From positions 64,001 through 128,000 of the forward strand of contig CAWBQK010000001.1 of assembly GCA_963791045.1 (NCBI GenBank): a DNA stretch of 64,000 nt, in the 5' to 3' direction. Below are positions 20,589 to 30,904 of the stretch, piece by piece. The stretch is from Candidatus Latescibacterota bacterium (lineage in GTDB: Bacteria > Krumholzibacteriota > Krumholzibacteriia > WVZY01). The translations under genes and the position numbers were made by a program. Position 1 is the first letter of the stretch; each line of letters opens with the position of its first letter. The notes beneath the pieces are model-generated. The model searched no databases and was not told the DNA's origin. It saw nothing but the letters and a program-made list of their open reading frames with translations.

Positions 20589-22040
20589 ATGAAACACAAG
20601 CACCTCGCCGCGGCGATCCTTCTGACCCTTGCCCTCCAGACTCTTTTTGGAGTATTGGACCGGGCCCCCGATTTCGACGAGGGAATCTATCTCAACTTCG
20701 CGCGAACGATTCACCAGAACTATTTCCCCGTCGCGCCTCATCACCCGGATGAGCCATTTTTCCGCCATCCGCCGCTCCACTATTACATAGTGTCGTTGAG
20801 TACAGCGATATTCGGTGACTCGCTCCCCGGTGCGCGGGCAGGCGTATCGATCCTGTCGATCGTACTTCTCCTGGTTTTCTACCGGTGGGTACTGAGCTTC
20901 GCCCCACGTGCGGCGGGTTGGGCGGTGATTCTGCTCGCAGTCAACCCCGCGTTCCTTTTTTACGCCCATTCTGCTTACATGGAAATCACCGTCGCGTTGT
21001 TCGCCCTCCTCGCAATTCGAGAACTTTCTGGCGAAGAGTCCGGACGCCGCTATATTCGCGCGGGAATTTTTCTCGGGCTCGCATTTGTGACGAAGTATTA
21101 CTCGGTCACCCTTGCAGCCGCGATCGGCCTTTATTTTGTTTACGCGTACGGGCTTCGGTTTCTCTCCAACGGACGCTGGACGGTTTTTGCGATCGCCGCT
21201 CTGGTACTCGGCGGGTGGTTTGGCGCGGGGTACCTTATCGACAGCGCATCGTTTGTGGCACAAACAAGGTCGTGGTTCGATGCGTCGTCGGAATCGGTGG
21301 CATCGTGGCGTTCGGTAAACAGCGTCAAATACGGTCTCGAACTTGCCGGAGTTATCACCCCCGTCGTCGCCGCGTTGGGTCTCTATGGCGTCATGCGCCG
21401 GACGGGCTGGACACCGGCGTTTATGCGCCAACACCACCACGGAGTGGCAGCTGTTTTCGTCCTCTGCCATGTCTTGTATCTCGCGGCGACGCCCATCAAG
21501 GACATCAAGTACTGCGTGCCGATTTTGCCGCTTCTTTGTGTCTACGCCGTGCTTGCGCTCGAACCAATGCGCTCTCGGCGCTGGCTCCCCGCCGTAGCGG
21601 TTTTCGTTTTTCTTTTCACCTCCACGCCGGCGGCCTGGTTTCCCAATCCGATAGACCGGTCGTGGCAAGCAAACATCTACGTATTCAGTCTCCAGCGCGA
21701 CAAGGAATACAGAAATTACAGACTGGCCGGGGAGTTCATCCGTGACACCGCCGAACGGGGCGCATGGGTCGTGTCGTCGGAACGCGCCGCCATCGTCGGT
21801 TACTACGCGAGAACCAGCTACAGGGATTTGTGGTGGGAAAAAGACGGGGAGACACTGACGGAGAGGCTTTCGCAGGCGCCCTATGTCGTTCTCAACGACA
21901 ACTCGCCCTATTTCAAGGGCGCGAACAAGGAACTGGCCGAATCATACGTGAGGGCGCATTTCGATCGGGTCGCCGACTTTGAGGGGGAGACTATCAACCT
22001 GTCGGTGTGGAAACACGCGAACAAAAGCCTGCTGGACTAA
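20589..22040 (+). CDS. GT-C (ArnT/PMT family 39-like) membrane glycosyltransferase
   Basis: DEGIY, HPPLHY, ME and K motifs; many TM segments. Confidence 0.75.
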   Translation: MKHKHLAAAILLTLALQTLFGVLDRAPDFDEGIYLNFARTIHQNYFPVAPHHPDEPFFRHPPLHYYIVSLSTAIFGDSLPGARAGVSILSIVLLLVFYRWVLSFAPRAAGWAVILLAVNPAFLFYAHSAYMEITVALFALLAIRELSGEESGRRYIRAGIFLGLAFVTKYYSVTLAAAIGLYFVYAYGLRFLSNGRWTVFAIAALVLGGWFGAGYLIDSASFVAQTRSWFDASSESVASWRSVNSVKYGLELAGVITPVVAALGLYGVMRRTGWTPAFMRQHHHGVAAVFVLCHVLYLAATPIKDIKYCVPILPLLCVYAVLALEPMRSRRWLPAVAVFVFLFTSTPAAWFPNPIDRSWQANIYVFSLQRDKEYRNYRLAGEFIRDTAERGAWVVSSERAAIVGYYARTSYRDLWWEKDGETLTERLSQAPYVVLNDNSPYFKGANKELAESYVRAHFDRVADFEGETINLSVWKHANKSLLD

Positions 22041-22043
22041 TTT

Positions 22044-22742
22044 CTATTTTGCCTCTCGAATAACGCGTATCGCCTCGGCATAATCGGGCTTCTTGAAAAC
22101 CGCAGAACCGGCAACGAGGATATCGGCGCCGGCATCGAGCGCCTGCGGCGCCGTCGAGGACGTAATCCCGCCATCGATTTCAATCGCGAAATCCAATCCC
22201 TCTTTCTCGCGAATCTCACAGGCTCGCACTATTTTTGGGAGAACTTCGGGCATGAACGACTGACCGGCATAACCGGGAAATACGCTCATGACGAGAAGCA
22301 TATCGATCGCATCAAAATAACCGGACACCTTGTCGATATCGGTGTCGGGATTGAGCGTGATCCCGGCCTTTTTCCCATTGTCGCGAATCAATTTGAGATC
22401 GCGTTCTATATCCGTGCTGGCCTCTATGTGAACCGTGATGATATCCGATCCTGCCTCGGCAAACTCGGAAATATACTTATCGGGATTTTCAATCATCAAG
22501 TGGGTGTCGAGCGGAAGTTCGGTCAGTTTGCGTATCGCTTTTACGATCATGGGGCCAAACGTGATCACCGGCACAAAATGCCCATCCATCACGTCGAGAT
22601 GCATGATATCCGCACCGGCGCTTTCCGCCGCGCTTACTTCATTCGCGAGTACGGAAAAATCCGCGGACAGCACGCTCGGCGCTATGGCAACATGGTTGTC
22701 TTTTCTAGTCGGAACCAGCCGCGACCAACTCAATCGAATCAC
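22044..22742 (-). CDS. rpe: Ribulose-phosphate 3-epimerase (start uncertain)
   Basis: IAPSVLSADF, HLDVMDGHFVP, VMSVFPG, IDGG, LVAGSA. Confidence 0.95.
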   Translation of the reverse strand: MIRLSWSRLVPTRKDNHVAIAPSVLSADFSVLANEVSAAESAGADIMHLDVMDGHFVPVITFGPMIVKAIRKLTELPLDTHLMIENPDKYISEFAEAGSDIITVHIEASTDIERDLKLIRDNGKKAGITLNPDTDIDKVSGYFDAIDMLLVMSVFPGYAGQSFMPEVLPKIVRACEIREKEGLDFAIEIDGGITSSTAPQALDAGADILVAGSAVFKKPDYAEAIRVIREAK

Positions 22743-23433
22743 CCTCCCTGATCATAACGCCGGGGCCCGGAGCCTGCCCAACGATAGTGTTCGGAAACAC
22801 GTCGTTTCGCGATTCATACCGGATATTGCTGATCCTGAACCCAAGAGACTCGAGTTTTTCTCTTATAAACAGGAGATCCTGTCCGTCGAGATCGGGCATC
22901 ATGAATTCGCGGGGTTTTCCACCGACACTGACGAGGACATCCACCTCGCCGCCCTCGACCACCTCGCTGCCCGGCGCCGGCGCGCACGCGATGACCTTCT
23001 CGCGCACATCCGACTCTTCGAGCACGCGGACGATCCGCCCCGTGTGAAGCTTGTTTCTGTTGAGCATCAGGCGGCCCTGCCTCAGGCTCAGCCCCTTGAT
23101 ATCGGGTATGCGTTGGGTCCGCGCTCCCAGGCTCATCACCACGGATACGGTTCTTCCCTCTTTGACCGTTTCGTCAACCCGTGGGCGCTGAGAAATCACG
23201 TACCCTTCGGGTATCTCGGTGTGGTACTCGCGGCGTTCAACCCGGATATTGAGCGACACGCGTTCGAGGAACTTGTCCGCCTGTTGTTCGCTCATTTGTC
23301 TGACATCCGGCACGATCACCGTGGCTCGCTGATGAATCAATAGCGGCATCACCACAAAATTCATCAGGACCGCTCCGAGAACGAATACACCGAGTACCGT
23401 GAGTATGGTTATGCCGATTGATTTGAGTTTCAT
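22705..23433 (-). CDS. PASTA-domain membrane protein (three PASTA repeats)
   Basis: N-terminal TM helix; VPDV, IPDI, MPDL repeats with VISQ.P motifs. Confidence 0.85.
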   Translation of the reverse strand: MKLKSIGITILTVLGVFVLGAVLMNFVVMPLLIHQRATVIVPDVRQMSEQQADKFLERVSLNIRVERREYHTEIPEGYVISQRPRVDETVKEGRTVSVVMSLGARTQRIPDIKGLSLRQGRLMLNRNKLHTGRIVRVLEESDVREKVIACAPAPGSEVVEGGEVDVLVSVGGKPREFMMPDLDGQDLLFIREKLESLGFRISNIRYESRNDVFPNTIVGQAPGPGVMIREGDSIELVAAGSD

Positions 23434-23483
23434 AATCCCCGTCCGTGCATTCCTGTTTGACGACAGTGCAACAGTATACGCAA

Positions 23484-24428
23484 TCAGCCGATCCGGTCAC
23501 CCTCTTTTATCCGGTATCCCGAGAGAAATGCCTTCGCGGGCATTTCCTTCTTGCCCTCCACCTTGACGGCCCGGATTTCGAGGCCTCCCTCACCGGTCCC
23601 GACCACGAGCGGCGCGGTCGAAAAGACGATTCCAGGCGCCGCGCCCTCCGTCGGCACCGCGCACGCCTCAAGGATAATCAGCCGCTTCCCCATTAGCGAG
23701 GTGAAAGCCGCCGGCCAGGGAAGCATCGCGCGAATCTGTCTGGAAATCTCCTCCGCGCCGGCCGTCCAATCGATTGCCCCGTGCTCCTTTTTGATCCTTT
23801 TTGTGTGCGATGCGCTGTCGCCGTCCTGCGGGCGGGGCTCTACGCGCCCGCTGCGGATTTCTCTAAGTGTTTTTACAACGAGCGGGGCCCCGAGTTCGGC
23901 AAGTTTTTGTTCGAGCGAACCGGCGGTGTCGTCCGGTGCGATCTCCAGCGATTCCGCGAGCAGCATGTCACCCGTGTCGACGCCCTCATCCATCATCATC
24001 GTTGTACACCCCGTGCGCACGTCACCCGACAGGATCGCCGTCTGAATCGGCGACATCCCGCGGTACATGGGCAGCAGCGACGCGTGCAAGTTCACACATC
24101 CGCTGCTGGGAATATCGAGGAGATCTTTTTTTAGAATCACGCCAAACGAAGCAACGACGACAAAGTCGGGACGAAGCCCGGCGATCCTGCCGACGACATC
24201 AGGGTAGTCTTTCCTGGTCATCGCCACAACGGGAAGCCCGTGCTCTACGGCATACGCCTTAACCGCCGTCGGAAGGAGTTTTTTCCCGCGGCCCTTGGGG
24301 CGATCGGGTTGTGTGACGACAAAAACGAGCTCCATATCCGGGGCGGATACAAGAGCGTCCAGAGTCGCCACGGCGAACTCTGGACTACCCATAAAAACAA
24401 CCCTTAGCGTCTGATCCGCCAACCCCAC
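23484..24428 (-). CDS. fmt: Methionyl-tRNA formyltransferase
   Basis: FMGSPEFA, VTQPDRPKGRG, NLHASLLP.YRG.SPIQ, DTGD. Confidence 0.96.
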   Translation of the reverse strand: MGLADQTLRVVFMGSPEFAVATLDALVSAPDMELVFVVTQPDRPKGRGKKLLPTAVKAYAVEHGLPVVAMTRKDYPDVVGRIAGLRPDFVVVASFGVILKKDLLDIPSSGCVNLHASLLPMYRGMSPIQTAILSGDVRTGCTTMMMDEGVDTGDMLLAESLEIAPDDTAGSLEQKLAELGAPLVVKTLREIRSGRVEPRPQDGDSASHTKRIKKEHGAIDWTAGAEEISRQIRAMLPWPAAFTSLMGKRLIILEACAVPTEGAAPGIVFSTAPLVVGTGEGGLEIRAVKVEGKKEMPAKAFLSGYRIKEGDRIG

Positions 24429-24440
24429 AACTCCAATCGG

Positions 24441-24965
24441 CTAAAATCGGTGCTCGGACTGTGAGATCTGTTTGAGCTTGTTTTTTAGAATGCTCTTCTG
24501 CGCACTGGAGAGGTAATCGATAAACAACACACCGTTGATGTGGTCGATTTCATGCTGAAGAATCCGGCCAAAGAGCTTGTTATTGCGAATCGTCTGTGTG
24601 TTGCCGTCGAGATCCTGGTATTCTATTTCGACTTCCCGCGCACGAAGCACGGACGCCGTAATCCCCGGAATACTCAGACAGCCTTCCTCGAACGACCATG
24701 TTTCTTTTGATTTCTCGACAACCTTCGGGTTTACAAGAACCATGGCCGGCGCGTCGTCGTCATCGATGTCTTCCATCGCGAGCGCGACGATAAGGCGAAT
24801 ACTCTCGCCCACCTGGGGCGCGGCCAGGCCGATCCCGCGTTCGATCCGCATGGTTTCGATCATCGATTCGGCAAACTCGCGCAGTTCATCGTCGAACACA
24901 TCGATGGGTTTACCCGTCTCACGAAGAACCGGGTCACCGTAATATCTCAGCAATAAATGTTTCAT
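24441..24965 (-). CDS. def: Peptide deformylase
   Basis: GIGLAAPQVG, EGCLSIPG, QHEIDHING. Confidence 0.97.
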   Translation of the reverse strand: MKHLLLRYYGDPVLRETGKPIDVFDDELREFAESMIETMRIERGIGLAAPQVGESIRLIVALAMEDIDDDDAPAMVLVNPKVVEKSKETWSFEEGCLSIPGITASVLRAREVEIEYQDLDGNTQTIRNNKLFGRILQHEIDHINGVLFIDYLSSAQKSILKNKLKQISQSEHRF

Positions 24966-25022
24966 GTTGATTCCTCCAGCGGGGGCGCTCCTGCTCGTTC
25001 CACCCTCCCGCCGGCCATCCCT

Positions 25023-25331
25023 TTAATCGGTTTTCGTCACCACCGTCGAAACGGCGTTTTTGACGACCTCGATCTTGACGTTCTCGTCGATCTTGAGGAC
25101 AACGATATCGTCTTTGATACCAACGACCGTCCCAAAGATTCCACCGCTCGTCATGACCCTGTCACCCTTCTTCAGCGCTTCGATCATCTTTTTGAGCGCT
25201 TTTTGTTTTTTCTGTTGGGGCCGGATTAGAATAAAATAAAAAATTGCGAATGTCGCAAGTATCACGAACAACAACGGCAGCTGCGACGGACCGCTTCCCG
25301 AACCACCCGCGGCGAACAAAATCGAGTTCAT
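25023..25331 (-). CDS. yajC: Preprotein translocase subunit YajC
   Basis: FYFILIRPQQKK, LKKGDRVMTSGGIFG. Confidence 0.95.
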   Translation of the reverse strand: MNSILFAAGGSGSGPSQLPLLFVILATFAIFYFILIRPQQKKQKALKKMIEALKKGDRVMTSGGIFGTVVGIKDDIVVLKIDENVKIEVVKNAVSTVVTKTD

Positions 25332-25371
25332 CGCGCCTCCTTAGTGAAAAATAAAATAGTGAATACCTCTC

Positions 25372-26517
25372 TCATGCGCCTTCAATCGCGCCCCCCAGGG
25401 AATTATACTGTTCGATAAACCCAACTCGCCATCTCGCGAATTCGTCACGCTCGATGGCCTCGCGCATCTCCTGCATCAAGTGACAATAATAATAGAGACT
25501 GTGACATGTCGCAAGCACCGGCCCAAGTATTTCTCCGGCCTGAAAGATGTGGCGGAGATACGCCCTGGAGAAATTCTGGCAGGTATAGCACCCGCAATTG
25601 TCATCGATCGGCGACGAATCCCGCTTGTGAGCGGCATTTTTGAGAACAACTTTGCCGTTAGACGTAAAGACGGTGCCGTTCCTCGCGTTTCGGGTTGGCA
25701 TCACGCAATCGAACATGTCCACTCCGCGAGCCACGCCCTCCACCAGATCCACCGGTGTCCCCATACCCATCATGTAACGCGGTTTATCCTCGGGGAGCTC
25801 CTCGGCCACATAACCGGTTAGCTCCCAGGTACGCGCCCTCTCTTCTCCGACGGCGAGCCCGCCGATGGCATATCCAGGGAAATCAATCTCGAGAATCTCC
25901 CGGCGCGAACGGTCCCGCAAATCCTCGTATGTCGATCCCTGGACGATCCCGAATATCACCCTTTCGTACCCATTCCGCTCGAAACGCGTCCCGTAGACGT
26001 CCGCTCCACGCCGCGCCCAATCCGAGGTCAGTTCCACCGCTCGCTCCGCTTCAGCCCGATCGCACGGAAACTCGGTGCAGTAATCAAAGCTCATTATGAT
26101 GTCCGCGCCGAGCCGGGCCTGGTCCTCGATCGCGCTCTCCGGCGTAAAGAGATGGAGCGATCCGTCGATGTGCGACTGAAAGGTGATTCCCTCCGGTGTG
26201 ATCTTGCGGAGGTCGGCAAGGCTCATCGCCTGAAACCCGCCGCTGTCCGTGAGAATCGGCTTGTCCCAACTCATGAAATGATGAAGCCCCCCAAACTCGT
26301 CGATGAGCCCGGAACCGGGCCTGAGCACGAGATGGTAGGTATTGGCCAGAATGATCTGAGCGCCGATTTCGGTGAGCATCCGCGGCGTGATCGATTTGAC
26401 CGCGGCTTGCGTTCCCACGGGCATAAACACCGGCGTACGGATATCCCCGTGGTCGGTCCGGAGAAGACCCGCGCGAGCTTTACCGCTCGTTTTTTGGCAA
26501 TCGAATGAAAACGGCAT
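25372..26517 (-). CDS. tgt: Queuine tRNA-ribosyltransferase
   Basis: TPVFMPVGT, NTYHL, TDSGGFQ, GIVQG, DCVMPTRNAR, CGCYTC. Confidence 0.97.
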   Translation of the reverse strand: MPFSFDCQKTSGKARAGLLRTDHGDIRTPVFMPVGTQAAVKSITPRMLTEIGAQIILANTYHLVLRPGSGLIDEFGGLHHFMSWDKPILTDSGGFQAMSLADLRKITPEGITFQSHIDGSLHLFTPESAIEDQARLGADIIMSFDYCTEFPCDRAEAERAVELTSDWARRGADVYGTRFERNGYERVIFGIVQGSTYEDLRDRSRREILEIDFPGYAIGGLAVGEERARTWELTGYVAEELPEDKPRYMMGMGTPVDLVEGVARGVDMFDCVMPTRNARNGTVFTSNGKVVLKNAAHKRDSSPIDDNCGCYTCQNFSRAYLRHIFQAGEILGPVLATCHSLYYYCHLMQEMREAIERDEFARWRVGFIEQYNSLGGAIEGA

Positions 26518-26619
26518 TTCGGCAATCTATCAATCGTTGAGGGACATGTCAGCAGAAAACTGGTCGCGGTCTCTCACGCAGGCGAACGGTGATCGAAATC
26601 CATTTCGTTCGCGGACGGT

Positions 26620-27921
26620 TCAACGGATGTAACCGAGACTCCTGAGCTTTTTGTTAAGTTCGGCGTCAACTTTGACTTCTCGCGCCGGCGGGGTGGGCCC
26701 GGCGAAATGATTGGCGAGGAGCCCAATGAGTTCCTTCGCCCGCGGGCTGGCGTCGGTGTAGAGATTATGTTTTTCTTCCGGGTCGGCCGCGAGGTCGAAC
26801 ATAAAGATCCCCGGCTCGACATTCAGGACCCGCGAGTAGGTTCCGCGGCTTGTCATCGGAATCATCGCCGTGTCGGCCAATTCCACGATGAAGAGCTTGT
26901 CATTGCCGTCGATGACACCGCGCTGAATCCACGGGGGAGGCCGGTCGCGTTCGAAAAACACGGGACCCGAGTCCGCCGTGCCGGCAAATAGATCCTTGCC
27001 GGGAAAGCCGTTGTCCACCGGGAGTCCGGCGAGACCAAGGATCGTTGGAACAAAATCAATTTGCTCGACTACTGTTTTTCTCGTACCCGGTTCGAGACCG
27101 GGGGCTTTTATAACGAGTGGGGTCCGAAGCGTTTCTTCGTAGAGCGTATAGTGATAGTGTCCGCCGTGTTCTTCGAACTCCTCACCGTGATCGGATGTAA
27201 ATACGATTATCGTATTGTCGTAAAGCCCTCTCTTCTTGAGTTCGCCGAGAAGCCTCGCGATTTGTCTGTCCGTGTATCCGATTTCCTGATCGTACCTGTC
27301 GAGCTCCGAAATTCCAAAGCTCGCCCACTCGCCGTGTTTCAAATAGGCGAAGTGCGGATCGAAGTAATGAACCCACATAAAAAACGGCTTTTCGGTCTCA
27401 GAGAGAGCATTGATAGCCAGGTCGGTGAGCGGTTTGGCTGTGGCGACATCGTGGGGATGCCCCACGTTCAAGACCGAATAATCGTATGACTTGAAACCGT
27501 CGGCGAGACCGTACTCGGGTTTGAGTATCAAGTGACTCACATAGGCGCGGGTGTCATAACCCGCCCCTTTGAGGATGCCGGCAAGCGTGGGTAGATTGGG
27601 AGCCACCGACCAGTGGAAGTCCGTCGCCCCGTGCTCTCTCGGGTGCCGGCCGGTGAATATCGTAGCCATCGACGGGAGCGTCCATCCGGACACACTGTAT
27701 ACGTTCTCAAAGAGAACGCCTTCGGAGGCGAGCTTGTCGACGGTGGGACTTGTCGGACGCGTATTCCCGTAACACCCCAACCGATCCGGACGGAGTGTGT
27801 CGACACATATAAAAAGCACGTTGGGCTGTTTCGGCTCCGAGCACCCGGCGAAAAACAACACGGCGGCCGCCGCCAGAACGGAGAACGTAATCAACAAAAG
27901 TATTGTTCGCACGGCTTTCAC
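26620..27921 (-). CDS. Sulfatase-like (alkaline phosphatase superfamily) lipoprotein
   Basis: Lipobox FAGC, VDTLRPD, WTLPS, HYFDPH, TSDHGEE, C-terminal LRSLGYI. Confidence 0.85.
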   Translation of the reverse strand: MKAVRTILLLITFSVLAAAAVLFFAGCSEPKQPNVLFICVDTLRPDRLGCYGNTRPTSPTVDKLASEGVLFENVYSVSGWTLPSMATIFTGRHPREHGATDFHWSVAPNLPTLAGILKGAGYDTRAYVSHLILKPEYGLADGFKSYDYSVLNVGHPHDVATAKPLTDLAINALSETEKPFFMWVHYFDPHFAYLKHGEWASFGISELDRYDQEIGYTDRQIARLLGELKKRGLYDNTIIVFTSDHGEEFEEHGGHYHYTLYEETLRTPLVIKAPGLEPGTRKTVVEQIDFVPTILGLAGLPVDNGFPGKDLFAGTADSGPVFFERDRPPPWIQRGVIDGNDKLFIVELADTAMIPMTSRGTYSRVLNVEPGIFMFDLAADPEEKHNLYTDASPRAKELIGLLANHFAGPTPPAREVKVDAELNKKLRSLGYIR

Positions 27922-27939
27922 AAGAAATCACTTCACACG

Positions 27940-30619
27940 TTAAAGAAGCTTGACCGCCTGCTGCACACCCGGGTCTCCTTCGATGGGACGAACGGTAAAA
28001 CCCATCCCGCGAGAAAGAGAGATCATGTTGCCGTTCTCGGTGAGTATCTCGCCTTCCATGACTTTGAGCCCGTGGGCTACGGCGGAGTCGATAAGCGCTT
28101 TCATGATTCTCGATCCGATTCCAACGCGTCTCCATTCGTCGCCGACCACGATCGCAAATTCGCAGCTCTTTCCATCGGGATTGGTCACGTAACGACCCAC
28201 AGCGATCTCGGCTTCCTTGTCGTTGATCGTCGTGGTGGCGATAAACGCCATCTCGCGGTCGTAATCAATTTGCGTGAACCGGATCAACATTTCCGGAGTG
28301 AGTTCCTGGAGCGACTGCATAAACCGGAAGTACTTGGACTGGGGAGAGAGATTCCGGACAAACGTGTCCTCGATCTCGGCATCCTCTGGACGAATCGGGC
28401 GTATCACGATATCGCGTCCATCGGGAAGCTGGAAGCTGCTCGAGAGATGGCTCGGGTATGGGTGGATCGCCATGTGATCGTAACGGCCCGCCGTCGGCGA
28501 GTGATAGTCGACAACGACACGCGCGTCCACCGCCATCGCGCCCTCTTCGTCGGCGATAAGCGGGTTGATGTCGAGTTCGCGAATGTGCGGCAGCTCGCAA
28601 ACCATCGCGGACACCCTCAAGAGCACCGCTTCAATCATTTTAACATCAACGGGCGGGAGGTTGCGGAACGCTTCGAGAAGTTTGGCAACGCGTGTCTGTT
28701 TTATCTGTTCCCTCGCGATAAATTCGTTGAGCGGCGGAAGCGCAACGGCGCGGTCCTTGAGGACCTCAACCGCGGTGCCGCCGGCGCCAAAACTGAGCGT
28801 CGGGCCAAACACCTCGTCGCGGATCACCCCGACCATCAGTTCGCGGCCGTTCACCTTCTTCAACATTTTTTCGACGGTGACACCACGAACATCGGCGTCC
28901 GGCCTCGCATCCTGGATCGAGTTGACCATTTCGGTGTAGGCGGAGCGGACGTCATGAGCACTGCCGATATTCAACCTTACGCCCCCAACATCGGACTTGT
29001 GTGTGATGTCCGGAGAGTTGACCTTCATCGCGACTGGAAAACCGAGAGACTGCGCGGCGACGAGCGCCTCATTTGCTGACCGGACTTCGACGCTTGGCAT
29101 CGTTGGTATATGAAACGCCGCGAGCAGCGCCTTCGATTCGGCCGTCGACAGCACCTTGCGGCCGTCGGAGAGCGCACCTTCAATCACCAGCCGCGCGCCT
29201 TCGACATCGGGCTCGCTCGTGTCGGCAAGCGGCGAGGGTACCTGGCGGAGCAGTTGCTGATTTCTGTGATAATGCGAAAGATATGAAAACGCCTTTACCG
29301 ACGCTTCGGGTGTCGAGAAGTACGGAAGCTTGTTTTTCGAAAAAAGTTTCCTGGCTTCGCCTGACCTGTTCCTCACCCATCCAGCACGCGATCACTGGCT
29401 TCTTGCCCTTTTTGGCGGCGGCGATAACTTGCTTCGCCGCCTCCGTTGGTTTGCTCATGGCCTGGGGGGTAAACATCGCAACGACACCGTCAACCTGGTC
29501 ACCCTCCTGGCAAGCCATGATCGCGTCCCTGTAACGTTCCGGCTGCGCGTCACCAAGAATATCGATCGGATTCCCGCGCGACCATGCGGCGGGAAGAACC
29601 TTGTCCAGTGTCTCAATTGTCTTCTTGTCAAGTTCGGGGATCAAGACGTGCGCGTCGACAGCGCTGTCCGCCGCCATGACACCCGGTCCGCCGGCATTGG
29701 TGACGACGCCGAGGCGGTTGCCCTTGACCCTGGCGCCCGTCGCAAGGACATGCGCGGCGTCGAACAGTTCGCCGATAGTCAACACACGAACAACACCGGC
29801 CCGCTGAAGCGCGGCGTCAAAAACATCGTCGGCACCAACAAGTGAACCCGTGTGTGATACGGCTGCCTTCGAACCGGCCGCATGCCGGCCCGCCTTGACG
29901 ACGACAACCGGCTTCATACGCGCGGCGACACGCAGACCGCTCATGAACCGGCGCGCGTTCCGAATTCCTTCGATATAGAGAAGAATGCTTCTTGTTTCAC
30001 CGTCGGCGGCAAGATAATCGAGTACCTCTCCAAAATCGACATCCGCGGAACCACCCATCGACACCATAGACGAGAAACCGACCTGGTTTGACAACGCCCA
30101 GTCGAGTACGGACGTGCACAACGCCCCGGACTGCGAGATTAACGCCATGTTCCCCGGGAGCGCCGCGTTATGACTGAATGTCGCATTGAGTCCGACGGAC
30201 GGACGCATGGTCCCAAGACAGTTCGGGCCGATTATGCGGAGACCGTAGTGCCGTGCCGCGTCCAGCATTTCTTCTTCGAGTCTGACACCCTTGGGTCCGA
30301 CTTCGCGAAAACCGGCCGAAATCACAACCGCGCCCCTGACACCATTTTCGCCGGCTTCGCGGATCAGCGCCGGAACGGTCGCCGCCGGAGTGACGACAAC
30401 AACCACGTCCACCGGTTTACCGATAGCTTCTATCGAAGGAAAACAGGGCTTTCCGTGGATCTCCTGGTATTTTGGATTTATCGCGTATAATTCGCCCTTG
30501 AAACCGGCCTCTATCATATTGGCGAATACCCGGTGTCCCACGGAATCTTCGCGCGTGGTGGCCCCGATGACCGCCACGGACTCGGGAGCAAACAACTTGT
30601 GCAGATAATGAGCACCCAT
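27940..30619 (-). CDS. Bifunctional acetate-CoA-ligase-like/GNAT protein lysine acetyltransferase (Pat/Pka type); one +1 frame break at ~29362
   Basis: PESVAVIGA, IIGPNCLG, SQSGA, SHTGSL, NAGG, HKSDVGGV, DINPL, then C-terminal GNAT (IRPIRPED, FTQIDYDREMAF, EFAIVV). Confidence 0.88.
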
Positions 30620-30904
30620 CTCCGCCTCCATTTCATACACAAAACAACAGCGATCGCAGCCGCAATCGCCGGGCTCGTGCACATATAAATCGTGGATTTT
30701 AGAATACTTGCCAGAGGTATATTAAGTCTCAGCCTCAATTGAATCAAGCGGTTTCGGGCGCGGCCGGCGCACGGCGCGTCCGGTGCGGTAACCACTTATC
30801 CGTCTGCGGCGGCGCCCGCGGCAAGAACCGCTTGACGGGGCGGCCTCCGCGACGGTAGATATGGAATATTGACTCTACTTATTGACGCATGAAGGAGAAA
30901 TGGG

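Noticed and set aside
20451-21668. Long antisense ORFs (also 27613..29079, 39296..40480, 59218..60531, 35227..36297)
   Set aside because: They lie opposite well-supported genes, have no recognisable motifs, and are expected in GC-rich DNA.
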